From: Deltaproteobacteria bacterium
GTDB taxonomy: Bacteria > SAR324 > NAC60-12
DNA: 29,288 nt
Assembly: GCA_038150265.1 (NCBI GenBank)
Contig: JAYOTF010000041.1
Coordinates: 1 to 29,288 of the forward strand
Direction of reading: 5' to 3'
Shown: positions 18,564-27,394 of the stretch, one piece after another
Numbering within the stretch: position 1 is the stretch's first letter
Layout: each line of letters opens with the position of its first letter
Notes under the pieces: generated by a model
Database searches by the model: none
What the model saw: only the letters and a program-made list of their open reading frames with translations
Told to the model about the DNA's origin: nothing
Translations under genes and position numbers: made by a program

Positions 18564-19577
18564 ATGAACCGTCAGATCATCATGAAGTCTCGCCCCGTTG
18601 GTGCCCCGCAGCCCCACAATTTTGAACTCCGGGAGGTTCCGATTCCGGAACTCGCTGCAGGAGAGGTGAGGGTGGAAAACCACTGGCTTTCGCTCGATCC
18701 CTACATGCGGGGACGCATGAGCGATGCGCCGTCCTACTCCGCCCCGCTGGAGGTGGGCGACGTGATGGAGGGGGAAACCGTTGGCCGGGTGCAGGCCTCG
18801 CGAGATGCCCGGTTTGCGGAGGGCGAATGGGTGGTGGGCCGAGGACGTTGGCAGACCCACTCGGTGCTGGAGGCCGGGCAGTGCCGCAAGCTGAGTCCAC
18901 AGATTCCGAAGCCGTCTCTGGCCCTGGGCATTCTGGGCATGCCGGGGGTCACGGCGTATGTGGGCCTCAAGCACATCGGACAGCCGAAACCCGGAGAGAC
19001 GGTGGTCGTTGCTGCGGCCTCCGGAGCCGTTGGCGCCGTGGTGGGACAACTGGCCAGGCAGGCCGGATGCCGGGTGGTGGGCATTGCGGGCACCGAGGCA
19101 AAGTGCCAGTACGTTTCCGAGACCCTTGGGTTTGATGTCTGCCTGAACCACCGGGCTCCTGACCTGGCCCGGCAGCTCAAGGACGCGTGTCCGGAGGGCA
19201 TTGACGTGTACTTTGAAAACGTCAGTGGGCCGGTGTTTGAAGCGGTCTTTCCGTTGCTGAACGACTTTGCCCGGATTCCTGTTTGTGGCCTCATTTCCTT
19301 CTACAATGCCACAGGATTGCCCTCTGGGCCTGATCGGACTCCGCTGCTGATGCGGGCGATCCTGACCAAGCGCCTGACCTTCCGGGGCTTCATTGTGACG
19401 GATTTTCTTGCAGACTGGCCGGAGGCGCTCCAGGCCCTTGAGGCCGCCTTTGTGGCGGGCACCCTGCAGTATCAGGAGCACGTTCTTTCCGGGCTCGAAG
19501 CAGCGCCTCAGGGGCTGATTGATCTGCTGGAGGGCAAGAATTTTGGCAAGGTGGTGGTGGACCTGAAGCCTGCGTAA
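18564..19577 (+). CDS. NADP-dependent oxidoreductase (CurA/YncB/prostaglandin reductase-like, MDR family)
   Basis: LSLDPYMRGRM, LGMPGVTAY, AAASGAVG, GIDVYFENV and GKNFGKVVV. Confidence 0.94.
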   Translation: MNRQIIMKSRPVGAPQPHNFELREVPIPELAAGEVRVENHWLSLDPYMRGRMSDAPSYSAPLEVGDVMEGETVGRVQASRDARFAEGEWVVGRGRWQTHSVLEAGQCRKLSPQIPKPSLALGILGMPGVTAYVGLKHIGQPKPGETVVVAAASGAVGAVVGQLARQAGCRVVGIAGTEAKCQYVSETLGFDVCLNHRAPDLARQLKDACPEGIDVYFENVSGPVFEAVFPLLNDFARIPVCGLISFYNATGLPSGPDRTPLLMRAILTKRLTFRGFIVTDFLADWPEALQALEAAFVAGTLQYQEHVLSGLEAAPQGLIDLLEGKNFGKVVVDLKPA

Positions 19578-19584
19578 GCGCCCG

Positions 19585-21123
19585 TCAGAACGGGTAGAAG
19601 GCTCCGACAGAAAGCTGCTGGCGCCCGTAGACGAAGTCGCTGGAGGTGTACTGCTTTTCGGTGGAGTACCGGAACTCCCAGCGGAGCAGCCCGGCAGGCC
19701 AGAAGCCGGTGCCCACCTCCCACAGTTGCGTTGTTTCCAGCGATCCCGCTGAGGTGGCGGGCGCCCGGTACTGGTCAAGCTGCAGGCCGAGGCGACTGAA
19801 GACCTCCACCTGAGGCCAGAGCCACCCGATCCGGAACCACGTCCGGGTCTCCAATCGGTCCTGAGTCGGATCTTCGAGGTTCAGGCGCCGCGCCTGAATG
19901 AGGACACTCCCCCGTTGGGCGCCGACGCGCTGCGTGGCGCGGAGGCTGATGCGATCAACCTGCCCCTTTTGCCCTGCCTCCAGCCCTCCTTGCGGAAGCT
20001 CCTCGGCCCACTCCAGGCTGAGGCGTCCAAGCAGGGAGTGGTCTCGCCAGAGGAGCCCGAAGTAGGGGCGGTGTTCCCGGGCCGAGAGGCCGGTCAGGTT
20101 CTCCTCCGGAAGCGACGCCCAGGCATCCACTCCCCCATGAAGCGCCCACTCGGAACGGTTCCGGAGCCCCTGCTGCCACTCGAAGGCGAAGCGGAGGTGC
20201 GTCTGATCCAGGCCTTGCAGCTCCGGACGGTCGTAGCGGGTTCCGGTCAGGGACAGGCGTGTTTCCAGCCGTTCCTCAATGCTGAGGTGCCGCGTCCAGG
20301 CGAGGTCCAGAAACTGCCGGAGCCGTTTTCCGGAAGGGGCCGATGTGCTGCTGGACGCCTGCAGGGGGTTGGTGTCGTAGAGCCCCTCTGCGCCAACGAG
20401 TCCGTCAAAGTCATTCTTCTTGCCCCGGAAGCTGGGGGCGTCCTCGGTTTCCAGAAACACCTGAAACACCCGTGTCTCTTCTGCGAGCACCGTCCGGACC
20501 CGAACAAGGACCTCGCTGGCCTGAGGCGTCACGGGGAGGCGCTGCCGAGCGACCAATTCATAAGACGGCTCCGACTGGGGCTGTTCCTGCCCATCGATCC
20601 AGACACTGAGAATGGGCGCCATGGCGCTGATCCGGATTTGAAAGAGGTAGGTCTCCTGCTGGGGAACCCGGAGCCTCAGAAGGGAGGCCTCGCCTGCTTC
20701 GTCCGGGACCGCGACGAGGTCTTGCTCCTCCAGCGCATAGACATCCGGCAGGATCGGCAGGAAGAGCAGGTGCGACCGGTCGTCATCAGTTGGTCGCGTG
20801 GGAGGCGCAAGGTAGGCGGAGCAGGCCAGCGCGAGGGCTTCCTGATCGGTTCCCCGGGCCATGAGGGCGCCTTCCAGAAACGGGCGGCACTCCGGAGGCG
20901 GATCGCGCCACACGGTCTTGGGCTTGGGAAGCAGCCGGAGCCGCTCTGCATTTTGAGGAGAGAGGAAGCCACAAAGCGAGTTGATGGCATCTTGAGAAAC
21001 CCCCTGACGTTCCAGCTGGGCGCGCTGCTCCAGCGTACAGGATTCGGTGGCTCTGAGGCGTGCTCCGCTTCCGAGCAGCAGCACCAGCAGGAGGCTTCCC
21101 CAAACCCATGGTTTAACGTCCAT
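19585..21123 (-). CDS. Hypothetical exported protein with N-terminal Cys-bracketed repeats and a probable C-terminal outer-membrane beta-barrel
   Basis: Signal peptide from the ATG at 21123. The C-terminal half has alternating hydrophobic strands (YDTNP... to LSVGAFYPF with terminal Phe). Overlaps the FecR gene stop. Confidence 0.6.
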   Translation of the reverse strand: MDVKPWVWGSLLLVLLLGSGARLRATESCTLEQRAQLERQGVSQDAINSLCGFLSPQNAERLRLLPKPKTVWRDPPPECRPFLEGALMARGTDQEALALACSAYLAPPTRPTDDDRSHLLFLPILPDVYALEEQDLVAVPDEAGEASLLRLRVPQQETYLFQIRISAMAPILSVWIDGQEQPQSEPSYELVARQRLPVTPQASEVLVRVRTVLAEETRVFQVFLETEDAPSFRGKKNDFDGLVGAEGLYDTNPLQASSSTSAPSGKRLRQFLDLAWTRHLSIEERLETRLSLTGTRYDRPELQGLDQTHLRFAFEWQQGLRNRSEWALHGGVDAWASLPEENLTGLSAREHRPYFGLLWRDHSLLGRLSLEWAEELPQGGLEAGQKGQVDRISLRATQRVGAQRGSVLIQARRLNLEDPTQDRLETRTWFRIGWLWPQVEVFSRLGLQLDQYRAPATSAGSLETTQLWEVGTGFWPAGLLRWEFRYSTEKQYTSSDFVYGRQQLSVGAFYPF

Positions 21124-21862
21124 GCTGCTCTCCAAACTCAAACAGGTCCTGACGCTTCAGCAGTTCAAAGAGCTGCTGGTCTCGGCGCTGGGCTTCCTGA
21201 TTGAGGGATAGGGGCGCTGTTTGAAGAGGAAGCGGCGCATGCAGGCCAAGGAGCGTCAGCGGCTCGTCTTCCGGAAAGGCTTCCCAGGCGAGAAAGGACT
21301 TTTGCTGCTCTGGAGTCGCAGGGCGCGGACGGGTGGGCTGCCGGCGGTGCAGGAGGAGGGTGAACTGTCCGGCACTCAGGGTGATCGGCGGCTGATCGGC
21401 GCCAGCGGACTGAACCTGGGCTGCCCCCTGCCGGACCCAGATCAGGGTCTGGGGGTAGTCTGCAAGCACCCGCACCGTTGCCCTTTGCAACCTGAGGGAG
21501 CCCTGAGGCACGTCGATGGTGAGGCTGTGAGAAGGGTCGCTGGAGCGAAAGGAGGCCCGTCCTTGATGCAGGTGAAAGCGGGTGGTCGTGTTGTCCGGCG
21601 TCAGAGCCAGGTAAGCCGAGGGGCCCAGCTCGCCACCTTGAGAACGTCCCTCCAGCCGCAGCGAGATGCCCGAGTCGGGGGCGGTCTGAATGGCTCCTCC
21701 CGGAAAGGGGGCACTCTTGCGGTCTGCCTCGAGCAGCACCTGAGAGGGGTGCAGGCGGGCGGCTCCAGACAGGAGAATGACCTGTCCCAACGGAGCAGCG
21801 CTGCTGAGCAAGGGGCCCATCAGGAGCAGGGCCAGGAGGCTTGTGAGACGAATCAATGGCAT
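21113..21862 (-). CDS. FecR-domain protein (periplasmic)
   Basis: Signal peptide, then GGAIQTAPDS..L.L, LGPSA, LHQGR, TIDVPQG, VRQGAAQV and LSAGQ, the FecR beta-sandwich pattern. Confidence 0.7.
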   Translation of the reverse strand: MPLIRLTSLLALLLMGPLLSSAAPLGQVILLSGAARLHPSQVLLEADRKSAPFPGGAIQTAPDSGISLRLEGRSQGGELGPSAYLALTPDNTTTRFHLHQGRASFRSSDPSHSLTIDVPQGSLRLQRATVRVLADYPQTLIWVRQGAAQVQSAGADQPPITLSAGQFTLLLHRRQPTRPRPATPEQQKSFLAWEAFPEDEPLTLLGLHAPLPLQTAPLSLNQEAQRRDQQLFELLKRQDLFEFGEQHGR

Positions 21863-21959
21863 GAAGGGGGTACGGTAAAAAGCAACCCGGGTCCAACCCG
21901 ATGGACGCCAGCATACCGAGCCTTGGCTTCGAGGAAAAGTCTGGAAATCACTTTGCGGC

Positions 21960-21986
21960 TAAAGTTTTTCGATCAGGTGCCGATGA
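21960..21986 (+). promoter_or_regulatory. Sigma28 (FliA) promoter of flagellin
   Basis: TAAA-N15-GCCGATGA against consensus TAAA-N15-GCCGATAA: exact spacing, one mismatch, ending 51 nt before the flagellin ATG. Confidence 0.88.
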
Positions 21987-21997
21987 AGGAGTTAACG

Positions 21998-22035
21998 CGG
22001 CGGGAAGCCGATTGAGACCCCCTTCAGGGAAACTG
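21998..22035 (+). promoter_or_regulatory. Two GGA-loop hairpins in the flagellin 5' UTR, putative CsrA sites
   Basis: CGGC-GGGAA-GCCG (21998-22010) and CAG-GGAAA-CTG (22025-22035). The second overlaps the Shine-Dalgarno. Confidence 0.55.
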
Positions 22036-22037
22036 TT

Positions 22038-23642
22038 ATGAGAATCCGAAATAACTTTGCGGCTCTGGACAGCTTGCGAATGGCGCAGGCAAACAACAAA
22101 GCCGTCACCAGTTCCATCGAAAAGCTGAGCTCCGGGCAGGCCATCAACCGAGGTGCCGACGGCCCCGCCTTGCTGGTGGGAGCCAACAGCATGCAGAGTA
22201 CCTCAATTGGTCAACTGCAGGGACAGAAAAACGCGGAGACGGCGATTACGTTGCTGCAGATTGCGGAAGGATCTCTCAGTGAAATCAGTGGGATTCTGAC
22301 CGAGATGAAGCAGCTTGCGGTTCACGCTGCCAACGAAGCGGTCAATGATGACGCGATGCTGGAGGCCGATCAGGCGGAATTTGAGCACATGCTCAATGCC
22401 ATCAACTCCATTGTGGACGAAAGCACCTTCGGGGGCCGGAACCTACTGGACGGCAGCTTTGGGGTCAACGGAACCACCGTCGGCGCGAACCTCCGCTTTG
22501 TCAGCGCTGAGCCCAACACCCCGTCCTCTCCGGCGGCGGGCTTCCCGATCGACATCATCCAGGTGCCCAAGCAGGCCTACATCAAGGGGCCTTCGCCGGT
22601 GGTGCTGGACCAGGTTCGGCAACCGCTGCAGCTCACCTTTGAGGTCGATGGGCGGGTTCTGCAGTTTGACTCCAGCACCGGCGAGATCGCCAAGACGCTG
22701 GCAGAACTCGTGGACAATGCCGACAAGCACCCAGACCGCTTCCCTGTAGAGCGCCTCAATCAGGACGTCCGGGAGCAGCTCAACACGTCCCTCAACCGTT
22801 TCTTCGACCGAGCCAACTTTCCCCTGGAGTCCAGCATCACGCATGACGGACACCTTCAGGTGACCCACCATGATTATGGCAGCGACGTTTACTTCACGGC
22901 GACCAGCAACATTCCCGGCATTCTGACGAAGACGGTCGGAGAAGCAGAGAACTGCATCCCGGGCCAAGACGTCCAGGGGACCATCGCAGGAAGTGACGGA
23001 ACGGGAGAAGGACGCTTCCTCACGGCACGAGCCGGCTCTCCGGCGGAAGGCACGACCATTGAGTTTACGGGGCAACCGGCCCTGGTGGAGGAGCCGATCC
23101 TCGACGAAGCCGGGCGCCAGGTGGGAGTGGACTACCGGCTGCAGACGGATGAGGAGTTTGTGGGGGGCTACGACAACCCGGTCATCGAAGGGTACCTGCA
23201 CATTTCTCAGCAGACCCGCTCCATTCAGTATGGGGGCAAGAAGGATGAAGGCGTCGCCTTCTCGATCCAGAGCGTCCGGACCAATCGCTTGGGACAGGGC
23301 ACCCACAACGACAGCCAGTTCCACAGCCTCGCTGATGTGGACCTGCGGACGTCTGAAGGCGCCAAGGATGCCATTGGGGTGGTGAACAAGGCCATTGAAG
23401 ACATCTCCATGCTCCGGGCGGACCTGGGATCCTTCCAGCGGAATGCCGTGGAGAAGCACGTGCAGGCGTCTGCGATCAACTCCGATGCCAACGCTGAAGC
23501 CGGCTCCCTCCTGCGAGACGCTGATGTGGCGGAAGAGGCGGCCAAGCTGGCTCAGAGCCAGATCATGCTCAACGCCAGCCAGTCCATGCTGGCCCAGGCG
23601 AACCAGAAGCCCAAGCAGGTCCTCTCGCTGATTCAGCAGTAA
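22038..23642 (+). CDS. fliC: Flagellin (divergent, large central domain)
   Basis: N-terminal MRIRNNFAAL...EKLSSG..IN...QIAEGSL.E...LAVHAAN...TFGGRNLLDGS. C-terminal RADLGSFQ...RDADVAEE...MLAQANQ.P.QVLSL. Sigma28 promoter upstream. Confidence 0.9.
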   Translation: MRIRNNFAALDSLRMAQANNKAVTSSIEKLSSGQAINRGADGPALLVGANSMQSTSIGQLQGQKNAETAITLLQIAEGSLSEISGILTEMKQLAVHAANEAVNDDAMLEADQAEFEHMLNAINSIVDESTFGGRNLLDGSFGVNGTTVGANLRFVSAEPNTPSSPAAGFPIDIIQVPKQAYIKGPSPVVLDQVRQPLQLTFEVDGRVLQFDSSTGEIAKTLAELVDNADKHPDRFPVERLNQDVREQLNTSLNRFFDRANFPLESSITHDGHLQVTHHDYGSDVYFTATSNIPGILTKTVGEAENCIPGQDVQGTIAGSDGTGEGRFLTARAGSPAEGTTIEFTGQPALVEEPILDEAGRQVGVDYRLQTDEEFVGGYDNPVIEGYLHISQQTRSIQYGGKKDEGVAFSIQSVRTNRLGQGTHNDSQFHSLADVDLRTSEGAKDAIGVVNKAIEDISMLRADLGSFQRNAVEKHVQASAINSDANAEAGSLLRDADVAEEAAKLAQSQIMLNASQSMLAQANQKPKQVLSLIQQ

Positions 23643-23649
23643 TTCGGTT

Positions 23650-23673
23650 CGCCCGGAGCAGGTGCTTCGGGCG
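23650..23673 (+). terminator. GC-rich hairpin after flagellin (possible terminator)
   Basis: CGCCCGGAGC-AGGT-GCTTCGGGCG, a 10-bp stem with one G-U pair just after the stop. It lacks a clean U-tract. Confidence 0.45.
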
Positions 23674-23964
23674 CTCCCCCCTCCCAAGTCTCCAGAAGCC
23701 TCCCCCTTTTCTGCAGCATTTTTCAACACCCTGAATCGAAGGCCATCGGTTCAAGGGCGGGATCCCAACCTGCGCTGGGACGCCTCCAAAGCGGCCGTCC
23801 CCACCAATCGCTCAGCCCACTCTGCCCGCCATTTGGCTCATGCGATGGCCCTGAGGGCTCCTCCCAGCAGCAAATTCTTGCAAATTCCATATTTTTCCAC
23901 CGGCCGTTTGTGTTATGATCGGAATTGAGCCGTTTGATTGTAGCAATGTTTTTTCAGAGGTTGA

Positions 23965-25260
23965 TTGGAGGAGAACAGGCTTTTTGATGGATGGGAGCGC
24001 GCCCTGCTGCTCTCGGTACAACTTCCCGAACAGACCCCCGAAGACGTGAGGCATTCACTGGAGGAACTCCGCTCGCTGGTGGAGTCGCTGGAATGCGCCG
24101 TTGTTGACCAGATCGTTCAAACCCGTTCCCAGATCCACCCGGCCCTGTTTTTTGGCAAGGGCAAGATGCAGGAGATCAAGCACGCCAAGCACCACCTTGA
24201 GGCCGACGCGGTGATTGTGGACCGGGCGCTGAGCCCCAAGCAGGTCCAGAACCTGGAGCGTGAGCTGAAGTGCCCGGTGCTGGACCGGACGCAGGTCATT
24301 TTGGAAATCTTTGCCCGCAACGCGCGCTCACGAGCGGCGCAGCTGCAGATTCGGCTCGCTCAATCGGAGTACCTGTTTCCGCGACTGGTGGGCCTCTGGA
24401 AGCACCTGGACCGAGAACGGGGGGGCATTGGGGTGTCGCGTGGAACCGGGGAGAAGCAGATTGAGAAGGACCGGCAGTACCTGCGCAAGCGCATCAACAC
24501 GCTCAAGGAGGACCTCCGGAGGCTGGAGCGCGAGCGAGACACGCAGAAGAAGCGCCGGGCGCACTGCCTGCGCGTGAGTCTGGTGGGGTACACCAATGCC
24601 GGCAAGTCCACCATCATGAATGCGCTGACCAACGCTGAACTCATTGCGGAAGATCGGCTGTTTGCGACCCTGGACTCGACCACGCGTTTGCTGGAAGAAG
24701 GCATCCGGCCCAAGATTCTCCTTTCAGACACCGTGGGGTTCATCCGGAACCTCCCCACGGAGCTGGTGGCAGCGTTTCGGTCAACGCTGGAGACGGTTCG
24801 CGATGCAGACCTGCTGCTGCATGTGGTGGATGCCAGTGGCGATTACGAGGACCACATCAGCACGACCCTGGGGGTGCTGGATGACCTGGAGGCGAACTGC
24901 ATTCCGGTGCTGCTGGTGTTCAACAAGATCGACCAGCTGGAGCCGATTGAGCTGGCCCTGATGCGTCACCGCTTTCCGGAAGCCGTTTTTGTCTCGGCCC
25001 TGGAGACCGAAATTTCGTTGCTGCAGGACCGCATTCGGGAGTTCTTTGAGCAACGCATGCAGACGGTGACGGTGCAGCTTGATTACCAGCAGTCTCAGCA
25101 ACTTTCGGAAATTTATGAGTGGAGCCGCGTCGATGAAATCGACTACGAGGAGGCGGGAATCCGTTTGCGCCTGACGACCCTTCCGGGGTACCTCAATCGC
25201 CTCCGGAGCCGCCTGGCGCCACACTTCAAGGAGCTACCGGCCGAGGAAGTGGTCGCATGA
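23965..25260 (+). CDS. hflX: GTPase HflX
   Basis: LSPKQVQNLE, DRTQVILEIFA, RGTGEKQIE, G1 GYTNAGKST, LFATLD, DTVGFI and NKID. TTG start with GAGGT upstream; candidate extended -10 TGTTATGAT at 23911-23919. Confidence 0.95.
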   Translation: MEENRLFDGWERALLLSVQLPEQTPEDVRHSLEELRSLVESLECAVVDQIVQTRSQIHPALFFGKGKMQEIKHAKHHLEADAVIVDRALSPKQVQNLERELKCPVLDRTQVILEIFARNARSRAAQLQIRLAQSEYLFPRLVGLWKHLDRERGGIGVSRGTGEKQIEKDRQYLRKRINTLKEDLRRLERERDTQKKRRAHCLRVSLVGYTNAGKSTIMNALTNAELIAEDRLFATLDSTTRLLEEGIRPKILLSDTVGFIRNLPTELVAAFRSTLETVRDADLLLHVVDASGDYEDHISTTLGVLDDLEANCIPVLLVFNKIDQLEPIELALMRHRFPEAVFVSALETEISLLQDRIREFFEQRMQTVTVQLDYQQSQQLSEIYEWSRVDEIDYEEAGIRLRLTTLPGYLNRLRSRLAPHFKELPAEEVVA

Positions 25261-26096
25261 AGCCCACGTTTCGGATCGGCGTGGCGCAGGTGAACGCCCG
25301 GGGAGTGCTTTCGGAAAATTTGGCAGTGGCACAAAAGCTGGTGGCCCAGGCGGCTGAAGAAGCCGTGGACCTGGTTGCGTTTCCAGAGATGTTCCTGCAC
25401 CTGGGCGCCAGCCGGGAGGAAAAGTTTGCGGTCGCTGAGCCGGTAGATGGCCCCCTGGTGCAGCAGTTTCAGGAGTGGGCGCAGCGCTTCAACCTGTCCA
25501 TCTTGATGGGAAGCCACTATGAGCCGATTCCGGAAGATCCGGAGCGACTCTACAACACGTCGGTGCTGCTGGACCGGACGGGAACGGTGGCCGCCGTCTA
25601 CCGGAAGATCCACCTCTTTGACGTCCCCACCCTTGATGTCCTGGAGTCCTCCCTGATTGCCCCGGGCTCTGAGCCGGTTGTGGTGGAGCATGAGCTGGCC
25701 TGCCTGGGGCTGAGCATTTGCTACGACCTTCGTTTTCCAGAGCTGTACCGCTTCCTGGCCGGCGCCGGCGCCGAGGTGCTGCTGGTGCCAGCAGCCTTTT
25801 ACCTGGAGACGGGCAAGGATCACTGGCTCCCGCTCCTGCAGGCCCGGGCGATTGAAAATCAGGCCTACGTGGTGGCTCCGGCTCAGTGGGGCTGGCACTA
25901 CGGCACCCGCCGTTCCTTCGGAAACTCCGTTATCATTGACCCCTGGGGCACCGTGCTGGCCACGGCTCCGGAAGCCACGACGCTCATCACGGCCCGCCTG
26001 GAGCACGACCGCCTGCAGGCGGTCCGGGAACGCGTCCCGGCCTGGCCGCACCGACGTCCTGCCCTTTACCCCACTCCTCACCTTCAAACCGACTGA
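25257..26096 (+). CDS. Carbon-nitrogen hydrolase, Nit1/deaminated glutathione amidase-like
   Basis: Catalytic triad motifs FPE, YRKIHLFDV and ICYDLRFPE, plus TGKDHW..LLQARAIENQ and IDPWG. ATGA overlap with hflX. Confidence 0.9.
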   Translation: MKPTFRIGVAQVNARGVLSENLAVAQKLVAQAAEEAVDLVAFPEMFLHLGASREEKFAVAEPVDGPLVQQFQEWAQRFNLSILMGSHYEPIPEDPERLYNTSVLLDRTGTVAAVYRKIHLFDVPTLDVLESSLIAPGSEPVVVEHELACLGLSICYDLRFPELYRFLAGAGAEVLLVPAAFYLETGKDHWLPLLQARAIENQAYVVAPAQWGWHYGTRRSFGNSVIIDPWGTVLATAPEATTLITARLEHDRLQAVRERVPAWPHRRPALYPTPHLQTD

Positions 26097-26110
26097 TCCG
26101 CCCGCGTCTC

Positions 26111-27394
26111 ATGGATAAATTTTACGTTGAAGGGGGCGTCCCCCTGAATGGTCAACTGACTCCGTCCGGAAACAAGAACGAGGCCCTGCCTGTGTTGGCA
26201 GCGACCCTGCTGACCGAACAGGTGGTGCGCCTCCGGAACGTCCCGGAAATCCTGGACATTGCGACCATGCGAGAGCTGCTGGTCAGTCTGGGAGCCCGGG
26301 TGGAGGAATGCGGCGACCACGCCTTTGAGTTTGAGGCAAAGAGCATTTTGGGGCATGCCCCCGAGTTTACCAAGGCAGCGCGCATCCGAGGGTCCTTTCT
26401 GCTGGCTGGGCCGATGCTGGCGCGGTTTGGCAAGATCTCCCTGCCGGTTCCCGGAGGCGACCAGATTGGCCTGCGTCCGGTGCAGACGCACCTGCTGGCG
26501 CTGCAGGACCTGGGGGCTCGGATTGAGGTGGAGGGGGGCATTTACCGCATGACGACGGATGGCCTCAAGGGGGCTTCCATTCAGCTGGATGAAGCCAGCG
26601 TGATGGCTACCGAAAACGCGGTGATGGCGGCTGTGCTGGCTGAGGGCGACACGGAAATCTACAACGCTGCGTGTGAGCCTCATGTTCAGGGACTGTGCCG
26701 GATGCTGGTCAGCATGGGCGCCCGGATTGAAGGCATTGGCACCAACTGCCTGCGCATCCAGGGGGTGCCCACCCTCAACGGGACGGACTACCGCATCCAG
26801 CCGGATCACATTGAAGTGGGGTCCTTCATTGGGCTGGCGGCGATGACACGTGGAGAGGTGTGCATCAAGAACGCGGGGGTGGAGCACCTCCGGATGGTGC
26901 GCCTGATGTTTGAGCGCCTCGGTGTGACCACGCGCATCGAAGGCGCGGACCTGTGGGTGCCGGGCGAGCAGGACCTGCTGGTGCGTCCGGATACGCCCGG
27001 AGGCATTCCCAAAATTGACGATGGCCCGTGGCCGGCGTTTCCGGCTGACCTGACCAGCATCATGACGGTGACGGCCACGCAGTCCCGCGGCGCCGTGCTG
27101 ATTTTTGAGAAGATGTTTGAAAGCCGCTTGTTCTGGGTGGACAAGCTGATTTCCATGGGGGCTCAGATCATCCTCTGCGATCCGCACCGGGCTGTGGTCT
27201 CCGGCCCCTCGCCGCTTCATGCAGCGAAGGTGACCTCGCCAGACATCCGGGCCGGCATGTCACTGCTCCTGGCTGCCCTGACCGCCAAGGGCACCACTGA
27301 AATTGGCAACGTTTCGCAGATCGATCGGGGATACGAACGCATTGAGCATCGCCTCAACGCGGTCGGCGCCCGCATCCGGCGCGTGAAGGAATAG
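26111..27394 (+). CDS. murA: UDP-N-acetylglucosamine 1-carboxyvinyltransferase (Cys->Asp variant)
   Basis: SGNKNEALP, RGSFLLAGP, PGGDQIGLRP, SVMATEN, NAACEPHV, PWPAFPAD, FESR, DIRAG and IDRGYE. Confidence 0.95.
   Translation: MDKFYVEGGVPLNGQLTPSGNKNEALPVLAATLLTEQVVRLRNVPEILDIATMRELLVSLGARVEECGDHAFEFEAKSILGHAPEFTKAARIRGSFLLAGPMLARFGKISLPVPGGDQIGLRPVQTHLLALQDLGARIEVEGGIYRMTTDGLKGASIQLDEASVMATENAVMAAVLAEGDTEIYNAACEPHVQGLCRMLVSMGARIEGIGTNCLRIQGVPTLNGTDYRIQPDHIEVGSFIGLAAMTRGEVCIKNAGVEHLRMVRLMFERLGVTTRIEGADLWVPGEQDLLVRPDTPGGIPKIDDGPWPAFPADLTSIMTVTATQSRGAVLIFEKMFESRLFWVDKLISMGAQIILCDPHRAVVSGPSPLHAAKVTSPDIRAGMSLLLAALTAKGTTEIGNVSQIDRGYERIEHRLNAVGARIRRVKE

Noticed and set aside
22470..23240. Flagellinolysin (protease-bearing flagellin)
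   Set aside because: No HExxH motif in the central domain; only THDGH and THHD are present.
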